Notes under the pieces: model-generated
What the model was told of the DNA's origin: nothing
The model's input: the letters and a program-made list of their open reading frames with translations, nothing else
Database searches by the model: none
Shown: positions 56,968 to 64,000 of the stretch, in pieces
How positions within the stretch are numbered: the stretch's first letter is position 1
Layout of the letters: each line of letters opens with the position of its first letter
Translations under genes and position numbers: made by a program
DNA from: Promethearchaeia archaeon
GTDB lineage: Archaea; Asgardarchaeota; Lokiarchaeia; Sigyniarchaeales; SOKP01
Length of the DNA stretch: 64,000 nt
Assembly (NCBI GenBank): GCA_029856045.1
Contig: JAHQWG010000033.1
Span: forward strand, 52,397-116,396
Reading direction: 5' to 3'

Positions 56968-57089
56968 GCGGGTTTTTCCCGCAACTTTAAAACATTGGAT
57001 TTCGCCCTCTTCTCGTGAAATCATTGCACGGGATCTCCTCCTTATACTTAATTTAAAGAGATACCGAATTCCTTCGGTTTTCTTTTTAA
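56968..57089 (+). ncRNA. candidate structured small RNA (G/C-rich island ending in a hairpin plus U-tract)
   Basis: Hairpins gcggg/cccgc (56969-56983), gatttc/gaaatc (56998-57022) and accgaa-ttcc-ttcggt (57064-57079), followed by tttcttttt. Composition differs visibly from the AT-rich flanks. Strand and ends are uncertain. Confidence 0.3.
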
Positions 57090-57278
57090 CCTATTAATTA
57101 TTTCCATAAAATTAAATATAATTGAATTTTAAGAAATTCAAAAAATTTGATTTACTTTTCATCTGATTATTAGTAGGTAATCAATTAAATTAAAATTAAT
57201 ATTACAATAAAATGAAATTAGTAATATTATTAATTTTCAATATTTTTTATTATCTAAAAAAAAATTTGGTGAAAACCA

Positions 57279-58313
57279 TTGAGTGAAGAAGAAATCTTAT
57301 CTAAAAAAACATACATTCTTATTCTCGAAATAACGCTTGGTATTGCTATAGTCGGACTTATGCTAATGGTTGCTGGATTAAATGAATGGTTTGGTGATAC
57401 TTTAGTTAACAATGACGTCGTCTATTATTTGTTTACTGCCATATCTTATTTGGGAGATACTTTAGTTTATATTATTATCGGAGCAACTCTATATTTAATT
57501 TATGATAAACGATTTGCGAAAAACTTATTCCTTGCTCTATTAGGATCGAATTATTTGGACAATTCTTTAAAAGATATATTTCAAGATCCTAGACCTGCAT
57601 CAAATGCTCTTAGAGCCAATGCAACAGGCTACGGTTTTCCTTCCGGACATGCGCAAGGCTCTACGGTAACATATGGATATTTAGCATTTCATACTCAAAA
57701 GAATTATGCACAAGAGAAGTGGTATAAATATATTCCTTGGATTTTTCTAGTTGTAATATATTTAGTTGCAATTTCAAGGCAGATAATAGGAGTTCATGAT
57801 GTTGAGGATATAGTTGGTGGATTATTAATCGGAATAAGCTTTTTGCTCTTATTTATTAATTTAGAACCACTTATAACTGAAAAAATAAACACATTTGATT
57901 TGCCAATAAAACTAATAATTGCAGTAGCGATTCCTGTGATTTTATTTATTGTTGCATTGCTGATCTATCCTACGGGTTTAGGTGATTATGGAAGGGCTTG
58001 CGGAGCTTTAACTGGATTATCAGTGGGTTATTTAATCGAAAATGAAAAAATACATTATAATCCACATGATCTTGATAATAAACAGAGAATTATCAATTTA
58101 GCCATAGGACTTGCAATTACTATTGTTTTGTATTTACTTTTAAGCCTAATACCTTTAGATGTTCAAATTTGGAAATTTTTTGAATACTTAATAGTGGCAT
58201 TAGTAGTTACTTTACTTATACCATGGCTTTTATTATTGATTCAAGAAAAACTAAGTGGGAGAGAAAAAGTAGCAAAAGTAGCAAAAGTAGAAAAAGTTGA
58301 AAGTACAGAATAA
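57279..58313 (+). CDS. PAP2-family (type 2 phosphatidic acid/undecaprenyl-PP-like) phosphatase
   Basis: 344 aa with a TTG start after ggtga. KDIFQDPRP, FPSGHAQGS, SRQIIGVHDVEDI (KxxxxxxRP / PSGH / SRxxxxxHxxxD). Confidence 0.88.
   Translation: MSEEEILSKKTYILILEITLGIAIVGLMLMVAGLNEWFGDTLVNNDVVYYLFTAISYLGDTLVYIIIGATLYLIYDKRFAKNLFLALLGSNYLDNSLKDIFQDPRPASNALRANATGYGFPSGHAQGSTVTYGYLAFHTQKNYAQEKWYKYIPWIFLVVIYLVAISRQIIGVHDVEDIVGGLLIGISFLLLFINLEPLITEKINTFDLPIKLIIAVAIPVILFIVALLIYPTGLGDYGRACGALTGLSVGYLIENEKIHYNPHDLDNKQRIINLAIGLAITIVLYLLLSLIPLDVQIWKFFEYLIVALVVTLLIPWLLLLIQEKLSGREKVAKVAKVEKVESTE
58266..58301 (+). repeat. 4 x 9-nt tandem repeat encoding KVAKVAKVEKVE at the PAP2 C-terminus
   Basis: aaagtagca aaagtagca aaagtagaa aaagttgaa, read directly. 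Confidence 0.85.
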
Positions 58314-58444
58314 AAATATTCAAATCTCTTTTTTTTTTTATTATTATCTAACTTTTAAAATTGGCAACCTAATATTATTATTATTATTGATTTCCATTAA
58401 ATTATTCATATACTTAAAGAATAATATAAATCAGTAGAATTACG

Positions 58445-59200
58445 TTAAGAAACATACTCTTTTTCGTTTCTTTCACTTATTTTAGACTCTAATTTTTTAG
58501 ATAGTTGAGTCAAACGAAACTCTTTAATAATGTAATATAAAGTATAGAATAACGAAACACGTATGAACTTCGAAGAAAGATCTTCATCTTCAATTCCAAG
58601 CGAAAAAAATTGAAAGATATAATCTATATGGAATAGAAATTGAATATTTAATAGTAAAAAAGCGCTAATGAATATAATAATAAATAAAATTCTATTATTC
58701 GCTTTATATAGAAAATAAGGTATTATTAAAAACATTGTTAGTTTAAAACAGATAAAGGCTAATAAAATAGGGGGTATATATTTATCTTCTTCGTATAGAA
58801 ATGCAATTAAAAGAATGAAAATACTAAATGGTTCAATATTTCCAATTAAAATGTATACAAATGTAAAAAAAGAAAATATCAATACAACAAAATAATTTTT
58901 CTCTAATTTAAATAATAAATATATTGAACCTATCCAACAACATGTTAGAAATACTATGTATATTTCTAAATTAATATAAAATGGTGTTAAAAAGAAAAAG
59001 CTTGGAAAATAATTGAGTCCATAAAAAACTTCGCTATTCCAAAATTTTTGAATTGCAGGAGAATAATATACGAAATAATCCCAAAAAATAATTACTGCGG
59101 GTTCTATTGACTCCCAATAAATAGAATAAATAGTTAAAATAAGGCAAAGAATAAATAAAGAAATAGGAAATAAGATTTTTTGAGTTTTTTTCTTAAACAT
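58445..59200 (-). CDS. hypothetical polytopic membrane protein (possibly GT-C-like)
   Basis: 251 aa, about 7-8 TM helices rich in F/Y/I. Located in the glycosylation-gene neighbourhood. No motif confidently recognised. Confidence 0.4.
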   Translation of the reverse strand: MFKKKTQKILFPISLFILCLILTIYSIYWESIEPAVIIFWDYFVYYSPAIQKFWNSEVFYGLNYFPSFFFLTPFYINLEIYIVFLTCCWIGSIYLLFKLEKNYFVVLIFSFFTFVYILIGNIEPFSIFILLIAFLYEEDKYIPPILLAFICFKLTMFLIIPYFLYKANNRILFIIIFISAFLLLNIQFLFHIDYIFQFFSLGIEDEDLSSKFIRVSLFYTLYYIIKEFRLTQLSKKLESKISERNEKEYVS

Positions 59201-59343
59201 GGATATCTTACTATACGTAATTATATTTATGATATAATTTTTTTTGAAATTTAAATTGTTACACAGAATAAGAAAAAGTTTTAATCTATTTAGAATTGAA
59301 TAAAATATTATATTAATATGATCAAATTCACGTTAGGCACTAT

Positions 59344-60057
59344 ATGAAAATCAGTTTTGTTATACCAACTTATAATGAACATGGGAATATTGATAGGCTA
59401 ATTAAAAAAATTAATTCAATCACTAAAGAGCATAACTTAACTAATGAAATAATAATAGTAGATGATAATAGTACTGATGGTACAATTGACGATGTGAGAA
59501 ACCTACAAAAGACTCAAGATAATATAAAATTAATTGTAAGAGATAAACTATTAGGCATCGGAACTGCTCATATAGATGGGTATAATCAAGCAACGGGCGA
59601 TTTGATAATTTCAATGGATGCAGATTTGCAACATCCCCCCGAAAAAATACCAGAATTTATCGCAAAAATCAAAATTGGATACGATGTTGTGGTAAGTTCA
59701 CGATACATGAAAGGCGGATCAACAGAAACAAGTTTTCATAACAGAATTATAAGTAAATTGGGTGGTATTTATCTTTCCCTTATGTTTGGAATCAAAATAA
59801 AAGACTTTTCAACTGGTTATCGAGCAATAAAAATGGAAGTATGGCAAAAGATTAGAAATTATAGATACTCAAGTAAAAATGTATTTTTAATTGAGAGTGT
59901 TTATTATGCACATAAAAATGGAGCAAAAATTACTGATATTCCAATCCTATTTAAAAAAAGAGATATGGGTGAATCTAAAACTCCATTTATAAGTGAGTCA
60001 ATAAAGTCACTGATGTTACCATTTAAAGTAATATTTTCATCAATTAAAAGGAAATAA
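59344..60057 (+). CDS. GT2 polyprenyl/dolichyl-phosphate glycosyltransferase (Dpm1-like)
   Basis: 237 aa. ISFVIPTYNE, IIVDDNSTDGT, ISMDADLQHPP. Confidence 0.85.
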   Translation: MKISFVIPTYNEHGNIDRLIKKINSITKEHNLTNEIIIVDDNSTDGTIDDVRNLQKTQDNIKLIVRDKLLGIGTAHIDGYNQATGDLIISMDADLQHPPEKIPEFIAKIKIGYDVVVSSRYMKGGSTETSFHNRIISKLGGIYLSLMFGIKIKDFSTGYRAIKMEVWQKIRNYRYSSKNVFLIESVYYAHKNGAKITDIPILFKKRDMGESKTPFISESIKSLMLPFKVIFSSIKRK

Positions 60058-60082
60058 CAAAGCTTTTGCATTAAAAAATTAA

Positions 60083-60532
60083 TTATTTTTCCTGATTTTT
60101 GTTAATATTTTCTCTAAAAGTCCATAATTTATTTCCCACAAAATTAACTAAGAATGCTGCTATAATAGCAATAACCTCAGCAAAAATATACCAAATATAA
60201 AAATATTCGACAAGAACAAAAAGAATAATGATATTAACAGCTAAAGAAATTACACTTACTATTGAATACTGAATAAATTTTTTTACCATATTTTCTTTAA
60301 ATTCTTCTTTAAAAGTCCAAATTTTATTAATTATATAATTATTTAAAACAGAAATAAAAAATGCAATTATTTCAGAGATTAGGTAATAAATCTTAAAGAT
60401 ATCAGTCAAAAGATAGAGTATTGATAAATTCACTACTGTTCCTATAGCTCCGACAATAGCAAATTTAGTAAATTCTAAAATAAATGGTTTTGAAAAAATT
60501 TTATGAAATACTTCCGAAAGGAATTCAGACAT
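60083..60532 (-). CDS. GtrA-like family membrane protein
   Basis: 149 aa, 4 TM. FAIVGAIGTVVNLSILYLL, NKIWTF and NKLWTF repeats. Confidence 0.82.
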   Translation of the reverse strand: MSEFLSEVFHKIFSKPFILEFTKFAIVGAIGTVVNLSILYLLTDIFKIYYLISEIIAFFISVLNNYIINKIWTFKEEFKENMVKKFIQYSIVSVISLAVNIIILFVLVEYFYIWYIFAEVIAIIAAFLVNFVGNKLWTFRENINKNQEK

Positions 60533-60671
60533 TATCGTAAATAACGCAGAGATTTTAAAGTATCTATGATAATAATTAACTTAATACTTCAAATTTATAT
60601 TTTTTGGAATTTAATGTAATAGTATATAATGTTGAATCATAATATCAAAAATAAAATCCTGTGAAAAATAA

Positions 60672-61724
60672 ATGTCGGAAAAAGAAATGTCAGAATCAAG
60701 AGAGATAAAAACTAAAAGATATTATTGGATAGATCATGCAAGAGGGTTTATAATGATTTGGCTAGTTGTTGCTTTATTTCTTCCTATATGGATTACTGAA
60801 GGTCCAGCACGATTTTTTCTTGCACATCCAGAAAATCAACGAACTACAACTCTTATGAATCTATATGATGTTGGTGTGCCTGCATTCATTTTTATTATGG
60901 GTTTTCTTATGCCAATATCATTTACCAGAAGAAAAGAAAGAGATGGAGTAAAAAAAACAGTTATACATATGATTATACGCTATGGTATTATTTTAGGACT
61001 TGGATTACTTATTTTTATCGTGGATGGAGGTTATTTAATAAAAGAGAGTGGTGGCGAATGGGTATTAATTGCTGGAATTCCTGTTATTCGATGGGACGTT
61101 CTTCCCTCGCTAGGTCTTGTAGGTTTAATAACTATACCCTTTCTTTGGTTAAAACCTAAATTTCGGAGTATTGTAGCTGCAATATTATTAATTTTTTATC
61201 AAATTATGTTATTATTTGGCGGTTGGCGTGAGTATGCAATTGAATCTATTCATGGTGGTATTCTAGGAACTATATTTGGTTTATCTGTAGTTATGATTTG
61301 GGCAACGTGCTTTGGTGAATTATTACTAATTAATGATAAATTAACGGAAAAAAGGAAATATCAAATTTATGCTCTTGGAGGGATCGTTTGTCTAATAGTC
61401 GGATTATTAATAATGCTAATTCCAGAATGGTACCCCAATAAACGTCAAATTACACTAACATATATATTGATAAGTACCGGTGTAACGATTTTAGGCTCAT
61501 TTTTGTTTATTGGAATTGATAAAAAACTACAGAAACCAATATTCATTTTAGATAGTTATGGAAAAAGTCCTTTTCTAATTTACGTAATCAGTGTTGTAAT
61601 AGAATTCTTAATAGTAGATCTTATCGGTTATGAAATGGATCTATTGGTGGCTATTCCAATGATTATAGTTGTTTCGGTAATTGCTATTCTCCTCGACAAA
61701 AAGGGAAAAATTATAAAATTATAA
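60672..61724 (+). CDS. polytopic membrane protein, HGSNAT/DUF1624/DUF5009-like acyltransferase candidate
   Basis: 350 aa. N-terminal RYYWIDHARGFIMIWLV resembles the R..s.D..RG signature. About 9-10 TM helices. Confidence 0.45.
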   Translation: MSEKEMSESREIKTKRYYWIDHARGFIMIWLVVALFLPIWITEGPARFFLAHPENQRTTTLMNLYDVGVPAFIFIMGFLMPISFTRRKERDGVKKTVIHMIIRYGIILGLGLLIFIVDGGYLIKESGGEWVLIAGIPVIRWDVLPSLGLVGLITIPFLWLKPKFRSIVAAILLIFYQIMLLFGGWREYAIESIHGGILGTIFGLSVVMIWATCFGELLLINDKLTEKRKYQIYALGGIVCLIVGLLIMLIPEWYPNKRQITLTYILISTGVTILGSFLFIGIDKKLQKPIFILDSYGKSPFLIYVISVVIEFLIVDLIGYEMDLLVAIPMIIVVSVIAILLDKKGKIIKL

Positions 61725-61997
61725 ATTTTAATTTCTTTTTCTTATTTTGTGTTTAAATCAAAATACGCAATTTATTGAATAGGATGCAGCAATGTCTTGT
61801 GTAGGTATTATACAAATATTCACTTGGTTGTCACCTGTTATAAGAAGATACAAAGAATTAAAAGCATATAACCTGGTCCTTGTTTTATCTTATAAAAATC
61901 ATAAAAAAGTATTCATTAATATGGTATTAGGATACCTTTATGAATAATAATAGAGAGAAAGCGTAAAATTTAAATTTTTTTTTACTATTTTCCTTTT

Positions 61998-62720
61998 ATG
62001 CTTTCAATAATTGCCGTAGTTATCAATAATCTTGAGGTTACTCAGAGATTTATATCAAGTATTAAGCAGTATACAATAGAAAAATATGAACTTATTCTTA
62101 TTGATAATGGTTCGACGATTAAGAAAGCTATTAACTATTTTAAGAGAGTAGCAAACATTTATTTTCGATTTGATAAAACGATTGATTTAGCAAAAGCATG
62201 GAATAAAGGTATTAGTTTGTCTAAAGGAAATTACATTGCTGTTGTTAATAATGATATAGTAGTTCCACCAAATTGGTTTGAACCATTAAAAGAAGTGCTT
62301 GATACACATAATAAGGCAGGTATGGTAAGTCCAATTACCTATTGGTTAATTAGAGACGGTTATTTTTTATATAAAGGGTTAAAAAATTTTGATAAAACCT
62401 TTAGCAAACCATTTAAACTTAAAAAATTTAAAGATTTAGTATGGGGTGAGTTTTGTCTATTCAAAAAGCAAGCATTAAAGGATGTTGGTGGCTACTGTGA
62501 ACTATATCGAAAATTTAGTGGGGAAGATTTAGAAATGTGTTTCCAACTTTATTCAAAAGGATATGAAATTTATGTTGATCCGCGAGTTTTTGTATATCAT
62601 CAAGGTAAAGCATCACAAATACCAGAGATCATAGTTAAAGAAGAAAGAGATAAAATAGATCAAGAAAATTTTGAATTATTTAAGTCAAGATGGCCTAAAT
62701 ATACAAAAGGTTGGAAATGA
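61998..62720 (+). CDS. family 2 glycosyltransferase
   Basis: 240 aa. SIIAVVINN, ILIDNGS, VVNNDIVV, GEDLEMC. Confidence 0.75.
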   Translation: MLSIIAVVINNLEVTQRFISSIKQYTIEKYELILIDNGSTIKKAINYFKRVANIYFRFDKTIDLAKAWNKGISLSKGNYIAVVNNDIVVPPNWFEPLKEVLDTHNKAGMVSPITYWLIRDGYFLYKGLKNFDKTFSKPFKLKKFKDLVWGEFCLFKKQALKDVGGYCELYRKFSGEDLEMCFQLYSKGYEIYVDPRVFVYHQGKASQIPEIIVKEERDKIDQENFELFKSRWPKYTKGWK

Positions 62721-62799
62721 TTATTTTTTTTACATTTAAGATTTTGGAAAAATACTTTAAATTTGACTGAAACTCTGAAATATTTAATTTTCTTCATTT

Positions 62800-63438
62800 T
62801 TACTTTTTAATCTTCATTTTCTCCATTTCTATTCTTCTTTTAACAATTTCAGCAATGTTTTTGGCGAAATCTATACCATCCACCATTTCATAAAATTTTT
62901 CAAGAAATTTTATTTCTACTTGATAATGTAGTTTGTGATGTTCAGCTATTAAAAATGAAAATGGGTTTAAATCGGTAAAAGGAGCGGATTTGATTCTTGG
63001 TAAAGTTGTTTCTTTTAAAAATTTTAGATTATCCTCTCTAGCTTCAATTTGTTTTTTAATCAACTTGAGAATTTTTCGTTTGTTAAGCATTAATAAAAAT
63101 GGCATAACTGAATCAATATCAAAATAGTAATCTTGAATGAATTCAAGCTGATTTGTCAATTGATTAATAGTTTCAGCTCTACCTTTCGGAGTGAATTTAT
63201 AAACCATTCTTTCAGGTCTATTTGAATCTTTTATTGTTGTACTTTCAAAAAAACCTTCTTTATCGAGTTGTTTCAAATGATAATAGAATGAAGCTTGAGA
63301 TGCTTTAATGTAGTTTTCAAAATGCCATTCTTTTGCGATCTTCCCTAATTCATATCCAGAAATCTCATCACCCTCAAATAAAGTAATTAAACCTAAGATA
63401 AATGTCCTAAGGGGTGAACTTTTAGAATTTTTTTTCAT
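62800..63438 (-). CDS. PadR-family transcriptional regulator
   Basis: 212 aa. ISGYELGKIAKEW..SQASFYYHLKQLDKEGF..RMVYKFTPKG winged-helix signature plus a C-terminal helical extension. Confidence 0.75.
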   Translation of the reverse strand: MKKNSKSSPLRTFILGLITLFEGDEISGYELGKIAKEWHFENYIKASQASFYYHLKQLDKEGFFESTTIKDSNRPERMVYKFTPKGRAETINQLTNQLEFIQDYYFDIDSVMPFLLMLNKRKILKLIKKQIEAREDNLKFLKETTLPRIKSAPFTDLNPFSFLIAEHHKLHYQVEIKFLEKFYEMVDGIDFAKNIAEIVKRRIEMEKMKIKK

Positions 63439-63595
63439 ATGTATCCACTTTATATATGTTTTTTTTTCTTATTAAATATACTTAAATTTGAATACTTTAA
63501 TATAAATAGTCAAGTTTAAATATTTAAATTTGATTACTATATTTATAATATTTTTTGAAAAATTAAAATAAAAATTTACAAATTGAGAGGTAAAG

Positions 63596-64000
63596 TTGAT
63601 TTTGACTATAAATGTAATAGGGAATTACAATAAAAATCTTAAAATAAAAGATCTCGAAAGTTTGGAAAAAAATCCAAAAGATTGGTCTTGGAAAGATTTC
63701 ATTTCTTCATTTTTTTGGGGTCCATTGATACTCATTCAATTTATACAATCTTTTTTTGTTTATAATTTTTTAAACATTGACTTACTATGCCTTCTTGGAT
63801 GGATCATTTGGATATTTAGTCTTTTCTTCGGTTTTATGCCTTTTTATGAATTTAAAAAGAAAGGTGGTGTAACAAAGGGTGATAGTTATATTAAAACTAC
63901 AAAACTCGTTGATACTGGAATTTATGCTATTGTTCGGCATGGTCAATATCTAGCAGGGATACTGTGGAGTTTTGCATTAATTTTAATAACTCAACACTGG
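63596..64000 (+). CDS. isoprenylcysteine carboxyl / phospholipid methyltransferase (ICMT/PEMT) family protein, 3' end beyond the right edge
   Basis: Open-ended, not in the track. TTG at 63596 after gagagg. Translation contains TM helices and LVDTGIYAIVRHGQYLAG (family motif L.t.G.Y...RHP.Y.g). Confidence 0.65.
   Translation, partial: MILTINVIGNYNKNLKIKDLESLEKNPKDWSWKDFISSFFWGPLILIQFIQSFFVYNFLNIDLLCLLGWIIWIFSLFFGFMPFYEFKKKGGVTKGDSYIKTTKLVDTGIYAIVRHGQYLAGILWSFALILITQHW

Noticed and set aside
57032-57045. Fragment of a 16S rRNA gene (GGATCTCCTCCTTA resembles the 16S 3' end)
   Set aside because: Only about 14 nt match. The upstream sequence does not resemble helix 45, and there is no rRNA-like sequence around it. 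It is interpreted instead as an anti-SD-like box within a possible small RNA.
61792-61947. 51-aa plus-strand ORF (MSCVGIIQIFTWLSPVIRRYKELKAYNLVLVLSYKNHKKVFINMVLGYLYE) in the spacer before the GT2 gene
   Set aside because: Below the size cutoff, with no RBS-like box noticed and no motif. It cannot be supported from sequence alone.

Overview
Strongly AT-rich (judged by eye, not computed), gene-dense archaeal chromosomal segment with roughly 58 protein-coding genes on both strands. I found no rRNA, tRNA, CRISPR array, transposase or integrase. Archaeal markers are Alba, CDP-archaeol synthase (CarS), a Sec11-type signal peptidase and a TFS/RpoM-like zinc ribbon. A gelsolin-repeat protein and a vWA plus PHD/RING-like zinc-finger protein point, by inference, to an Asgard (Lokiarchaeia-like) genome. 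The content is a mix of: (i) anaerobic electron-transfer genes (polyferredoxin-AOR, an HdrC/GltD/HdrB-like fusion, an HdrD-like CCG protein, an HdrA-MvhD fusion, an orphan NuoB/EchC-like subunit, an F420-type LLM oxidoreductase); (ii) three radical SAM enzymes; (iii) lipid and envelope genes (CarS, CDP-alcohol phosphatidyltransferase, PAP2, GDPD, UbiA-like, Dpm1-like GT2, GtrA, GT2, ICMT/PEMT-like); (iv) nucleic-acid enzymes (UvrD-like helicase, RNase J-like beta-CASP protein with a large insertion, orphan N6-adenine methyltransferase, VapBC pair, tandem restriction-endonuclease-fold paralogs); (v) a block at about 35.9-46.5 kb with eukaryote-like or unassigned proteins (gelsolin-like, multi-beta-sandwich, zinc-ribbon-LOR/Tubby-like, wHTH coiled-coil, vWA-PHD/RING). 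Three genes missing from the ORF track were read directly: open-ended CDSs at both edges and a 59-aa Cys-rich ORF at 47116-47295. A G/C-rich structured intergenic element at about 56968-57089 is the best ncRNA candidate. Many genes appear to use TTG or GTG starts and GGAGG/GAGGT-like ribosome-binding sites. All functional calls rest on motif reading and recalled family signatures; no database search was run.
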